Shown here one piece after another: positions 37,158 to 47,120 of a stretch of DNA of 64,000 nucleotides; the first letter of the stretch is position 1; each line of letters opens with the position of its first letter. The notes below the pieces were generated by a model. That model saw nothing but the letters and a program-made list of their open reading frames with translations, was not told where the DNA came from and made no database searches. A program made the position numbers and the translations under genes. This DNA comes from a virus (Duplodnaviria; Caudoviricetes): IMG/VR virus record IMGVR_UViG_3300044695_005922, positions 41-64,040 of that record; one strand, given 5' to 3'.

Positions 37158-37936
37158 AGATAGGAGTATGTTTATCTGGACATTATAGAAATTTTGATTA
37201 TAATTACGATTCTTGGGATAAATTATTATTCTCAAAACACGATTGTGATGTATTTTTACATACGTGGGATGTGATGGGAAATCGTAAAAAATCAGATGAT
37301 GTACACGTTGTAGAGAACCTAGACAAATTAATACATACAGAAACAGAGTTAAAACAAAAATATAATCTTACCGATGTAGTAATACAACCTTACGAAGAAC
37401 CACTACAAGAATTTTTAGATAAAAGTAAGAGAGTTAGAAAACTACGAAACGAGGCAGGTGTATCACAAAACAGTATAGATTGGACAACTCGACGAGTAAC
37501 TCATCTATACTCTATGTGGTACAAAGCATTAAAGTGTTTTGAGTTATTAGAGTCACACAGTACAGATTATGATTTGGTAATAAAATGTAGACCAGATATT
37601 AAATTAAAAGACAGTTTTAATTTAGACGATATAGATTTGGAATGTATTAATTGGCCGTGGTATAACTCAACAAAAGAACACTACTCAGAACCACACGATT
37701 ACTATGCTGTGGGTAATTTTGATAATATGAAAGTATACAATAACTTGTATAATCATATAGAAGAGATGGAATCTGTATTAGAACTAGAAAAACCAACACG
37801 TTCAGCAGGGAATAACGTAGAGATACCAGGTGTAGATAGGTTTTTGAATCCACATACATTATTATTTTTTTACGTAAAACATATGGGACTACCATACAAT
37901 ACAGTAATAAATCATTTAGAATTGACGCGAGGATAG
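37154..37936 (+). CDS. Putative glycosyltransferase, paralog of the previous gene
   Basis: KIGVCLSGHYR, DVFLHTW, YDLVIKCRPD. Confidence 0.65.
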   Translation: MKIGVCLSGHYRNFDYNYDSWDKLLFSKHDCDVFLHTWDVMGNRKKSDDVHVVENLDKLIHTETELKQKYNLTDVVIQPYEEPLQEFLDKSKRVRKLRNEAGVSQNSIDWTTRRVTHLYSMWYKALKCFELLESHSTDYDLVIKCRPDIKLKDSFNLDDIDLECINWPWYNSTKEHYSEPHDYYAVGNFDNMKVYNNLYNHIEEMESVLELEKPTRSAGNNVEIPGVDRFLNPHTLLFFYVKHMGLPYNTVINHLELTRG

Positions 37937-37937
37937 G

Positions 37938-38807
37938 ATGAGAACAGATTTTACACCAGATAACGTTGAACTTTGGATTTCCAACTGGCGCCGAAAGGAA
38001 TTGATGGATGGATTCGCACGTGAATGGTTAAATACATTTGATTTCGAACGAGTTAACATCATCACCAATCATTCATCAGTCACCATTGATGACTTCGCAG
38101 ATGATATTAAACCTCGTGTTAAGATTTGGAATAATGTGATGAGACACGATTACGCAATCGGTCCTATGGTTGAAAACTACAATCAAGCATATGTTCACAC
38201 TTTTCTTTCCGGTAAAAAATATTGTATAACTGCTCACGACAATATGATTATTAAGGATGGGTGGGTTGACATTATCAAGCAAACCGATTATGATTTATAT
38301 ATGGCCCCACAAGGTGACCAAGTTACCTTAATGACATTGGAAGGATTACGATTTTTCGGATGGTGGGATGAACGGTACGCTACAAACGGAAACCACGAAT
38401 TGGATTTCAGTACACGAGCGTTACGTAGAGATTTGGGACACAACAGAGCATCGTTGATTGATTATCACGCATGGCATAACTGGCCCGAACAAATAAACGT
38501 AGAGGGTCAGATAGTTAGTCCAATATGTAGAAAGGGACATTTAGAATATGGAGATGGATTCCCATATCTTAGGTGGAATGATGTAGGGTTGGATAAATAC
38601 TGGACACGAGCAAGTAAGCATGTAGTTCCACAATGCGGAGCAAAAACACAAAAGTTTGAGAAGCTGACTTGGAATGATAGAAAGTGGCGAGGACAGTCAC
38701 CAAACACGTTTGAAAACTTCGTAAACGGGCCGACCGAAGAAGAAATTGATTGGTATCCGTGGTTAGACATAAATTCATTAGACTTCGACATTTGTAAAAT
38801 CGTATAA
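37938..38807 (+). CDS. GT-A fold glycosyltransferase-like protein
   Basis: AHDN, GWWDERY..ELDF. Confidence 0.55.
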   Translation: MRTDFTPDNVELWISNWRRKELMDGFAREWLNTFDFERVNIITNHSSVTIDDFADDIKPRVKIWNNVMRHDYAIGPMVENYNQAYVHTFLSGKKYCITAHDNMIIKDGWVDIIKQTDYDLYMAPQGDQVTLMTLEGLRFFGWWDERYATNGNHELDFSTRALRRDLGHNRASLIDYHAWHNWPEQINVEGQIVSPICRKGHLEYGDGFPYLRWNDVGLDKYWTRASKHVVPQCGAKTQKFEKLTWNDRKWRGQSPNTFENFVNGPTEEEIDWYPWLDINSLDFDICKIV

Positions 38808-38819
38808 GGGGAAAGGTAA

Positions 38820-39455
38820 ATGTTATCAGAAAAAATTAAAATAGTACTGGAAGATATCCGTAACGGTAAACCAATCATCGTCGTAGATAGTTACGATAGA
38901 GAAAATGAAGGTGATTTGATGATTGCCGCCGAAAAAGCAACACCAGAAACACTGGCTTTTATTGCACGCGAAGCCCGTGGAATTATGTGTATTCCTACAC
39001 CAAAGTTTATGTTAGACCGTTTGGAAATTCCAATGAGTCCATCTAACAATAACGATAAGTTCTCGACTCCATTCACCGTCAGTATTGACGCACGTGATGG
39101 TGTCACTACGGGTGTAAGTGTGGAAGATCGTATGGTCACGATTGGATTGGTATTAGATGAAAACACCAAACCAGAACAACTCGCATACCCAGGTCACTTG
39201 TTCCCACTTCGCCCTCGTCCTGGTTTGTTGAAGGAACGGCAAGGTCATACCGAAGCATCTGTTCAACTTGCTATGATGGCTGGAACGAAACCAGTTGCAA
39301 TCATTTGTGAGATTATGAATAATGATGGTAGTATGGCACGAGTTCCAGACCTCGTTCCTTACGCAGAACGATGGGCATTGAATACGATTTCTATTGATGA
39401 AGTCATCGAATACTGTAATGAAATTGGTTGGGAACCACCAATTCAAGTTGGATGA
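38820..39455 (+). CDS. ribB: 3,4-dihydroxy-2-butanone 4-phosphate synthase
   Basis: DRENEGDL, FTVSIDA..TTGVS..DR, PGHLFPL, RQGHTEASV, ICEIMN.DGSMAR. Confidence 0.95.
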   Translation: MLSEKIKIVLEDIRNGKPIIVVDSYDRENEGDLMIAAEKATPETLAFIAREARGIMCIPTPKFMLDRLEIPMSPSNNNDKFSTPFTVSIDARDGVTTGVSVEDRMVTIGLVLDENTKPEQLAYPGHLFPLRPRPGLLKERQGHTEASVQLAMMAGTKPVAIICEIMNNDGSMARVPDLVPYAERWALNTISIDEVIEYCNEIGWEPPIQVG

Positions 39456-39458
39456 TTT

Positions 39459-40445
39459 ATGGAAAAGTTGGTCACACGAGCATACAATAGATTTGAAATA
39501 GATGAAACGCGAGGGGTTGTTCGGAAATTAAGTTCCACCGAACGACTTCGTGATGAGATATTATATTATGTAAAATTACAAAAGTATCATCCATCACAAG
39601 CAGTATTTTTTCCAAGATTACTCGATCACGTAGAACCGTTGATAGCAGACTTTTGGATGGATTTAGAATTGTATAGTTATCCAAACGTTGGTAATTATTT
39701 GTTTGGTGACAAAATTATGCCGTCGTGGTCTGAATTTTTCCTTAATTTACGAAACATCCTTGTGTCGTGGTCTAATATTAGTCCACGAGTTAAGTGGACC
39801 GACGAAGAAATTCGTGACGCGGCGTACGATATGTACATCACAAAAACAGAACGTGAGTATGGTAATTTTTATTCTGGATGGCACGATAAGTTTGATTCGT
39901 TATTTATTGACCAAGTTCGCACACATTCAGTATACATTAACAATAAACAATACTCCATGTTCGAAGTAATCTGGCCACAAATTAAGAATTACATCGAACA
40001 AAATATGTTAACTTTTACTCCATCACTTATACACGGTGATTGTTGTTTCAGTAACATTTTATATGGTGAGGATAAAAATATTATTCGTTTCATAGATCCT
40101 CGTGGTTCATTTGGTAAACTTGGAAATTACGGTGATATTCGATACGATATAGCCAAACTGTATCATTCATTAGACGGAACGTATGAAGCATTCATTACTG
40201 ATAAGTTTAAGGTTACAGCGAATGGGAATGCCTATCAATTGGACATTAAGGATGACGGTGAACTTGATTGGGCATTGAATGAGTTTGAATATATTTTCTT
40301 TCCAATGTTTAATAAGAAGGAAATAAAAATTATCCAAGGATGTATCTTTATTGGAATGTGTGCTCGTCATTATGATAGTCTGGAAAGACAACGAGCAATG
40401 TACCTCACAGGTATAAGATTATTAAACGAGGCATTGGAATTATGA
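39459..40445 (+). CDS. APH/choline-kinase-fold phosphotransferase of capsule loci
   Basis: TRAYN, IHGDCCFSNIL, FIDPRG, GDIRYDIAKLYHS. Confidence 0.8.
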   Translation: MEKLVTRAYNRFEIDETRGVVRKLSSTERLRDEILYYVKLQKYHPSQAVFFPRLLDHVEPLIADFWMDLELYSYPNVGNYLFGDKIMPSWSEFFLNLRNILVSWSNISPRVKWTDEEIRDAAYDMYITKTEREYGNFYSGWHDKFDSLFIDQVRTHSVYINNKQYSMFEVIWPQIKNYIEQNMLTFTPSLIHGDCCFSNILYGEDKNIIRFIDPRGSFGKLGNYGDIRYDIAKLYHSLDGTYEAFITDKFKVTANGNAYQLDIKDDGELDWALNEFEYIFFPMFNKKEIKIIQGCIFIGMCARHYDSLERQRAMYLTGIRLLNEALEL

Positions 40446-41212
40446 ACGTCTTAGTGTTAATGGCTGGTAGGGGTCAGCGTTTTGTAAACGAAGGATACAA
40501 AGACCCAAAACCATTAATTCAAATAAATGGTAAGACAATCTTACAATGGACAACAGAATCATGTCCATATATTCGTCACGATGGAAAGGGACAGTCGAGT
40601 AACATTCATTTATATTTTGCAGTCTTGCAAGAACATTTGGATGCTGGGTTGGATAAATTTTTATATTCCATTTACGGTCGTAACATAGAAATCATTCCGT
40701 TTAAAGAAATTACTTCGGGAAGTTTGGACACCGCAAGACAAGCAGCATCTCGTATGTGGCACAAAACTGATGACTTATTGGTTCTTGATTCCGATAACAA
40801 ATATAATCATAATGGTGTTGATGATTTTATTCGTGGTATTAAATTTAAGAGTAATGCAGTCGCGGTAGCATGTTTCGATAATCCAGACAAATCATTACCC
40901 AATAAATGGTCAAACGTTATAATTGAAGATGGAAAGGCTGTGGGTATTCGTGAAAAGGATGATTCGTGGGTTCACCACCCAACAATGATTGGAATATTTT
41001 ATTTCAGTCAAACACAATTCTTCACGGAATATGCAAAGTTTATTATGGAATTTAACAAACCAGTTGAATTTAATGGTAACGCAGAGTATTATATGAGTAT
41101 GGTGGCCTCGTATAATGTGAGTGTCGGAGTTCCAGTATACGTACATACCGTTACTGATGTGGTACCTCTTGGTACACCAGCGGACGTAAAAGCCTTTGAG
41201 GGTACATTATGA
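40442..41212 (+). CDS. Sugar-phosphate nucleotidyltransferase
   Basis: LMAGRGQRF..GY..PKPLI, EK, EYY, LGTP. Confidence 0.85.
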   Translation: MNVLVLMAGRGQRFVNEGYKDPKPLIQINGKTILQWTTESCPYIRHDGKGQSSNIHLYFAVLQEHLDAGLDKFLYSIYGRNIEIIPFKEITSGSLDTARQAASRMWHKTDDLLVLDSDNKYNHNGVDDFIRGIKFKSNAVAVACFDNPDKSLPNKWSNVIIEDGKAVGIREKDDSWVHHPTMIGIFYFSQTQFFTEYAKFIMEFNKPVEFNGNAEYYMSMVASYNVSVGVPVYVHTVTDVVPLGTPADVKAFEGTL

Positions 41213-41589
41213 TATTTGCATTTGACCTGGACAATACTATCTGTGAAAATAAAACGGGTGACATGACATACGCAGATGTCAAACCATTTCCAGAAGCATT
41301 AGAAACATTACGATGGTTGAGAGAAGAAGGGCACACCATTATTCTTCATACCGCACGACATATGAAAACTGGTGGTGGTAATCAAGGAAAAGTATTAAAG
41401 TTACAAGGTAAAGTATTATTTGATTGGTTGGAAAAGTGGGATATACCATACGATGAATTGTGGTGGAGTAAACCTCACGCCGATTTAATAATAGATGATG
41501 CAGTACATAGACATACAGATTGGGAAACCTCAATCTTAGCAATAAAAGATAGAATAAACAAAGGACCAAGAACCGTGGAGAATCCATAA
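41209..41589 (+). CDS. HAD phosphatase, EcbF/BcbF capsule-biosynthesis type
   Basis: FDLDNTI..YADVKP..HTAR.M..WL..IPYDEL..KP..IDD. Confidence 0.85.
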   Translation: MIFAFDLDNTICENKTGDMTYADVKPFPEALETLRWLREEGHTIILHTARHMKTGGGNQGKVLKLQGKVLFDWLEKWDIPYDELWWSKPHADLIIDDAVHRHTDWETSILAIKDRINKGPRTVENP

Positions 41590-42470
41590 TGTCACAACCA
41601 ACATTCTTTTTTGACACAGCAGACACCGACTATATCCGTAAGATTTGGGACAAGTTGGGTAAATATATTGACGGTAGTTCCGTCATCGGAATCACTACCA
41701 ATCCAAACGCATTGGCAAAGGTCAACTGCGATACATTGGATAAGTTTGAAACACTTGTTCCACAAATGACCTCACTTGTTAAGGAACTTCGTGGTGATGG
41801 TCCGGACGGATTGGTATACGTCCAAGTCCCAAATTCAGTTATGGAAGAAGAAGATATTATTCGGTGGGCACAATACGTTGACCAGTTCAACGGTAATGGT
41901 GCAGCTATGGCATTGAAGATTCCACATTTCAGTTATGTACTTCGAATCACCGACGCACCAGAACTCCGTAAGTTATATCTAAATGTAACAGGTGTTTCTG
42001 ATGCAAATACCATCATTAAATCGTTGAGTTATCAAAGTGTATTCTTCGCTAGTATCATTCCAGGACGTATGGAAGAAGTTGGCATTGATGCAGATGCACA
42101 TTTGGAATATTTGGCAAACCAACAAATCCAACGTCATCAAAATATCATCGCTGGTAGTATGAGAACAATTGATGGATTAAAGAAATCTATTTACTATCAC
42201 ACCGTACCAACAATCGGTAGTCGTGTTTGGGATTTAATTGATGCAGAAAATCGTTGGGAGGAATTTGCTTCATACTGGAATTATACATATTCGGTGGTTG
42301 ACTTCCCACAAGCAGATTATACTCCATTGGTAACTGACAAGAATCTTGATTTGAGTAAGCAGTTCTTCAATCAAATGGACCAGTTGGGTCAATCACTACA
42401 CGAAGAATTCATGAGTACCAAGTCGGCAGAATCATTGGGTGATTTTGCAAAGATACAATTTACTACTTAA
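41589..42470 (+). CDS. Transaldolase/fructose-6-phosphate aldolase family protein
   Basis: FFDTAD, GITTNP, LKIP (Schiff-base Lys), NVT, PGRM, AGSMR. Confidence 0.75.
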   Translation: MSQPTFFFDTADTDYIRKIWDKLGKYIDGSSVIGITTNPNALAKVNCDTLDKFETLVPQMTSLVKELRGDGPDGLVYVQVPNSVMEEEDIIRWAQYVDQFNGNGAAMALKIPHFSYVLRITDAPELRKLYLNVTGVSDANTIIKSLSYQSVFFASIIPGRMEEVGIDADAHLEYLANQQIQRHQNIIAGSMRTIDGLKKSIYYHTVPTIGSRVWDLIDAENRWEEFASYWNYTYSVVDFPQADYTPLVTDKNLDLSKQFFNQMDQLGQSLHEEFMSTKSAESLGDFAKIQFTT

Positions 42471-42486
42471 ACAGTTGCTTGATTAA

Positions 42487-43218
42487 ATGAATATTATTAT
42501 TCCAATGGCTGGTGAGGGGACTCGTGTAAAAAGCACGGTCCCCAAACCACTAGTAGAAGTATTACCAGGTAAAGTTATGATTGAAATGGCATTGGAATCG
42601 TTGAACATAGATGGCCATTATTGTTTTATTGTTCGTAGATACAACAATCAAGATTGGAATGTGGCTCTTCGTGATGCGATTCGTAAAACCGTTGGTCAGG
42701 CTGTTGTAGTAGAAATTGATTACCTTACCGATGGTCCAGCCATTTCAGCGTTACATGCTCCACAATTATTTTTTGGAGAAACTGATTTATTAGTTACCAA
42801 CTGTGACCAAATCATGCATTGGGACGCCGATAAGTTTATTGAGTTTACCAAAACCACCGATGCTGTTGGTGCAGTGGTGACCTACGAAACTAACACGCCT
42901 AAAAATAGTTACGCGTTGGTGGCTAGTGTAGAACACAAATATCCAAAATTCACAATGGTAAAGGAAAAGGAAGTGATTAGTAACTATTCACTGAATGGTA
43001 TTCACTGGTGGAAGTATGGCAAAGATTTCGCATCTTCGGTACATACTATGAAACAAGTGAAAGACACTGTTAATGGTGAATATTATATTGGTCCCTCATA
43101 CAACTATCTGGACGGAACTAAACGAGTATACGATATAACTCCGTCCGAACACTATGCAGTAGGAACCTTGGAAGATATTGAACGATACAGAGCATTATAT
43201 GGAAATAAAAAGAATTGA
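42487..43218 (+). CDS. Sugar-phosphate nucleotidyltransferase, second copy
   Basis: IIPMAGEGTR..PKPL, TDGPA, NCDQ, KEK, NGEYYIGPSYN, VGT. Confidence 0.85.
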   Translation: MNIIIPMAGEGTRVKSTVPKPLVEVLPGKVMIEMALESLNIDGHYCFIVRRYNNQDWNVALRDAIRKTVGQAVVVEIDYLTDGPAISALHAPQLFFGETDLLVTNCDQIMHWDADKFIEFTKTTDAVGAVVTYETNTPKNSYALVASVEHKYPKFTMVKEKEVISNYSLNGIHWWKYGKDFASSVHTMKQVKDTVNGEYYIGPSYNYLDGTKRVYDITPSEHYAVGTLEDIERYRALYGNKKN

Positions 43219-43531
43219 AGATATGACTCGTGGATGGTTTATTGGAAACTTTACGCCATCCGTATTGATGACCAGTGATTTTGAAGTCGGATATCTTCGT
43301 CATAAAAAAGGTGAAATCTGGGGTAAGCATTATCACAAGAGGGCTATAGAAATTAATTATTTAATTCGTGGCAAGATGCGAATACAAGGACAGCTATTGA
43401 CAACAGGAGATATATTTACTATATTTCCGTATGAAATAGCAGACCCAGAATTTTTAGAAGATTGTGAATTAATTGTTGTTAAATTACCGTCCGTCATAGG
43501 CGACAAATACGAGGTCACAGACAAACAATGA
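43199..43531 (+). CDS. Cupin
   Basis: RGWFIGNF.P..HYHK..E..G..VVKLPS..DKY. Confidence 0.75.
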   Translation: MEIKRIEDMTRGWFIGNFTPSVLMTSDFEVGYLRHKKGEIWGKHYHKRAIEINYLIRGKMRIQGQLLTTGDIFTIFPYEIADPEFLEDCELIVVKLPSVIGDKYEVTDKQ

Positions 43532-44757
43532 GCGTAAATATTTTTACAAGAGATATTGATTTATCCAAATATTTTATAGTTAAGTACTTCCTTGCAGGGA
43601 AAACTTCACTACGAGATGCCGCGTGGAATTTGGCAATTGGTCAAAGCATCGGTAATCCGAACAATCGTAGTGTATGGGAAACTGACCAGATGTTTCGTGA
43701 CCATAGTTGTTTTGTTCTCGCTGATGAAAATGAATTGAAGTCGAAGTTTTCCGGTGAAGTTGATATCGCATTCCCACTAGAAAATCTAGACTTGGAAGAA
43801 GATGGTATCTCACAAATCCTCTGCCACATCGCCGGTGGCCAAGTTGATATTCTGGAAATTGAACAGTGTCATGTGTTGGATATAACACTACCTGCACATA
43901 TTGAACAACAGTTTACATTGAAACCAGCATATGGTATTGATGGATTCCGTAAGTTTAATGGTGTCGAAGGTAAACCATTCTTCGGTGGTATTATCAAACC
44001 CAAGGTTGGAATGAGTCCAGAAGTATTGTTAGAAGCTGTGAAGGAAATGGTGTATGGTGGTGTAAACTTTATTAAAGAAGATGAACTCCTTGGTAGTCCG
44101 GCACATTGTCCGTTGACAAAGAGAGTTCCACTGATTACCAACTGGTTGGCGAATAACGCCCCGAATGTAATGTACACATTCTGTATTAATGGTGACAGTC
44201 CGTACGCACTACAACGAGCACAATTCGTTTCAGATGAAGGTGGATTGGGTGTTCATATTAACGTGTGGAGTGGATTGGGTGCATATCGTGCAATCCGTAA
44301 ACAGAATCCTAATCTGTGGATTCACTTCCAGAAGTCTGGGGATAAATTCTTCACTGACCGTCGTGCTCCGAATCATATCTACTGGCCCGTTATCTGTAAG
44401 ATTGCTGGATGGTCGGGGTCTGATTCTATTCACGCGGGGATGATTGGTGGATATATGAATCAAGATGACACAGAACTACAAGATGCCTTGAAGGTGTTGT
44501 GGAACTACAATGTTATCCCCGCACTCAGTTGTGGAATGCATCCTGGATTAGTCCAACATATTAACGGATTACTTGATAGTCATAACTGGATGGCAAACGT
44601 GGGTGGTGCAATGCATGGACATCCGATGGGTACACTCGCCGGTGGATTGGCAATGCGTCAAGCAATTGATGGTAACCACGGAGCAGAATATGACGCAGCT
44701 GTTAAGAAGTGGGGATACAAAGCAGTCAACGCTGATTTACAATACAGAATTTTCTAA
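43528..44757 (+). CDS. RuBisCO-like protein (form IV)
   Basis: LAIGQSIG, GIIKPKVG, FIKEDE, IHFQKSG, HAGMIGGY, SCGMHPG, VGGAMHGHPMG. Confidence 0.9.
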   Translation: MSVNIFTRDIDLSKYFIVKYFLAGKTSLRDAAWNLAIGQSIGNPNNRSVWETDQMFRDHSCFVLADENELKSKFSGEVDIAFPLENLDLEEDGISQILCHIAGGQVDILEIEQCHVLDITLPAHIEQQFTLKPAYGIDGFRKFNGVEGKPFFGGIIKPKVGMSPEVLLEAVKEMVYGGVNFIKEDELLGSPAHCPLTKRVPLITNWLANNAPNVMYTFCINGDSPYALQRAQFVSDEGGLGVHINVWSGLGAYRAIRKQNPNLWIHFQKSGDKFFTDRRAPNHIYWPVICKIAGWSGSDSIHAGMIGGYMNQDDTELQDALKVLWNYNVIPALSCGMHPGLVQHINGLLDSHNWMANVGGAMHGHPMGTLAGGLAMRQAIDGNHGAEYDAAVKKWGYKAVNADLQYRIF

Positions 44758-44766
44758 GAGAATACT

Positions 44767-45426
44767 ATGAATTTACTTGACAGAACGAATGATATTTTAT
44801 CAAAGGTAACCAAGTTACCCACCGATATTTATGGACTAAAATATCTTCCCTCATTGGAACCTAGCATTTCCAATGATACCGATTGGTTAGGTGACTTTGA
44901 TGCTTCACCCAATGTACATTTTTCGTCACTCAATCATGAAGCATTAAAATATGCATTTAATAAATTACCCCACCAACCTAAATTAATAGTTGAAATTGGT
45001 GTAGATGAATGTGGTGGTGTTTCCTCCACGAACACATTACTCGGTATCAAACCAACAGACTGCATGTATGTTGGAATGGATCTTAAACCCAAAACATATT
45101 TGAATAGTATAGAAAATAATATATTTACAATTCAAGGTGATTCCGCCAACTATGAAAGCTTGTATCAATTGATGGAATGGTACGGTCATGAACAAATTGA
45201 CTTTATGTTCGTGGATGGATGGCATTCTGTCAATCAAGTAATCAAAGAATGGAAGTATTGGGAAAAGATGATTCCAAACGGAGTGATGGCATTCCACGAT
45301 ACAAACTACCACCCAGGTCCAGTGGCATTGTTAGAGGCAATTGATACAGATATTTTCTCAGTTGAATGGTTTGGTCGTGGTGAAGCTGATTGGGGAGTCG
45401 GCGTGGTTCAGAGAATAACGGTATGA
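44767..45426 (+). CDS. Class I SAM methyltransferase (Methyltransf_24-like)
   Basis: VEIGV, IQGDS, IDFMFVDGWHS, GVMAFHD. Confidence 0.8.
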   Translation: MNLLDRTNDILSKVTKLPTDIYGLKYLPSLEPSISNDTDWLGDFDASPNVHFSSLNHEALKYAFNKLPHQPKLIVEIGVDECGGVSSTNTLLGIKPTDCMYVGMDLKPKTYLNSIENNIFTIQGDSANYESLYQLMEWYGHEQIDFMFVDGWHSVNQVIKEWKYWEKMIPNGVMAFHDTNYHPGPVALLEAIDTDIFSVEWFGRGEADWGVGVVQRITV

Positions 45427-46337
45427 CCAAAGGTTTAATTTCTATTTTTGTATTACCACACGAAATTGATAATTTACACCTAACTTTATATAATCTTCGT
45501 CGTAACGCAGAACTTGTTATGAAAGATGTGGAATATAAATTTGATATTACACTCTGTTTAAGTGACGAGATGGTTGATTGGTCGCAATCAAAACTTCCCC
45601 GTGAATATTTCGAAGATAAGTTTGATGATATTGTTTCCACTCTGTGGAAGTGGGCCGACCCAAAAAGTATTGCTAGAGTAGAATACGGAAATAAAATATT
45701 AGGGTGTGTATCGCAACGCCGACACACATTACAATATGTTGATGAATCTGACTTTACTCTGTGGTTGGATAATGATTTATTCTTCGGTGACAGATTTCTT
45801 GGATACCTTGGTAATGCAGTAAAAGCCATAAAAAATAGTGGAGTGGATTACTATATAGTAACTCCACAGATAACACGACAGTGGGACACTACGTGGGATG
45901 TGTTGGTACATGACGATTTATTGTCCAGAGAATTAAATGATAATCTAACAGCAAATGTGTTTGATTTGGGATTACGAGATACTGGGGTTGCGGTTCGACC
46001 AATCAATACATTTAAAGCTGCTGGTGGGTGGGGAACCGTTATCAGTAATAAACTGTTGAAAGTAACAGGAATACCCGAATCATTCGGTCACTACGGATTG
46101 GAAGATACCTATGTATTAACTTGTGCACAAATGTTACGAGAATCCAAAAAACTTCCTGTGCAGCAGTATGTATTAGACGGTATATTAGTTTGTGAGAATC
46201 ATCAACAAAACAACAAATACCTAAATGATTTAGTGTCCAGTATTGATCGTAAAGATGAGTTTAGACAAATTGCAACACAACACTTTCCAAAAGAATTAGA
46301 ACGGTTTTATAATGAAAATATTTTACAGAATAAGTGA
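45423..46337 (+). CDS. Putative GT-A glycosyltransferase
   Basis: WLDND (DxD), FGHYGLEDT. Confidence 0.6.
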   Translation: MTKGLISIFVLPHEIDNLHLTLYNLRRNAELVMKDVEYKFDITLCLSDEMVDWSQSKLPREYFEDKFDDIVSTLWKWADPKSIARVEYGNKILGCVSQRRHTLQYVDESDFTLWLDNDLFFGDRFLGYLGNAVKAIKNSGVDYYIVTPQITRQWDTTWDVLVHDDLLSRELNDNLTANVFDLGLRDTGVAVRPINTFKAAGGWGTVISNKLLKVTGIPESFGHYGLEDTYVLTCAQMLRESKKLPVQQYVLDGILVCENHQQNNKYLNDLVSSIDRKDEFRQIATQHFPKELERFYNENILQNK

Positions 46338-47058
46338 GTCCAGTAATTCACAACATGCAGCACAACGCACATGGCAAGTTAAGTTACCAAACGCCACGAA
46401 ACAACGGTGTTTGTTGAATACATTGAATTGTTTTCCCACGGCAGACATTACGATATTCGTGGATTCCATCACCGATGAAACGTGGAAATGGTTAAATGAA
46501 TTATCGGATGCAACGGAACGAGTTAATCTCGTCAAGATACAGGCTGGGTCCGATGCTAAGTCTATGCGAGTATTGTTGGACGAAGTGCAAAAGATTACAA
46601 ATGATGAAGAAATTGTTTTGTTTCAAGAAGATGATTATTTATATCTTCCTGGTTCCGAACATAAAATTATTGAGGCATTGAATTATGCACACTACGCAAC
46701 TGGGTACTTACATCCTGATAAGTTTTGGGATCCTTCTCGCGGTGGGAATCCGTATACTCCTATGGAAAATGTATCGGAACCTACGCAAGTTATTAAAACG
46801 AAAGACCATTTTTGGATGATAACAAATTCCACAACCAATACGTTCGCAACAACTGTTGGCACCATAAAGAATGATATGGATGTGTGGATGTGGGGAACGG
46901 AAGATTTAATTAATACAAAAGACTTTGCCATCTTTCTTAAGCTTCGTGAAAAAGGTCGTGCATTAGTACAACCACTACCATCTTTAGCAACACATTGTTT
47001 AAAAGGATTTGAAGCACCTACTGTTGGTCTTTCAATTGACTCGTGGGAAGATATTTGA
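46312..47058 (+). CDS. Putative GT-A glycosyltransferase
   Basis: FQEDDYL, YLHPDK, STTNTFA, PSLATH. Confidence 0.65.
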   Translation: MKIFYRISESSNSQHAAQRTWQVKLPNATKQRCLLNTLNCFPTADITIFVDSITDETWKWLNELSDATERVNLVKIQAGSDAKSMRVLLDEVQKITNDEEIVLFQEDDYLYLPGSEHKIIEALNYAHYATGYLHPDKFWDPSRGGNPYTPMENVSEPTQVIKTKDHFWMITNSTTNTFATTVGTIKNDMDVWMWGTEDLINTKDFAIFLKLREKGRALVQPLPSLATHCLKGFEAPTVGLSIDSWEDI

Positions 47059-47061
47059 TAC

Positions 47062-47090
47062 TTGACGTAGAGCAGTCACGATGTTATACT
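47062..47090 (+). promoter_or_regulatory. sigma70-like promoter
   Basis: TTGACG-N17-TATACT. Confidence 0.6.
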
Positions 47091-47120
47091 TATTAATGAA
47101 CCTTTAACAATTACTTTACA

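Noticed and set aside
43528-44757. True CO2-fixing RuBisCO
   Set aside because: The loop-6 lysine and HxHR motif are altered, and no phosphoribulokinase or small subunit gene is present.
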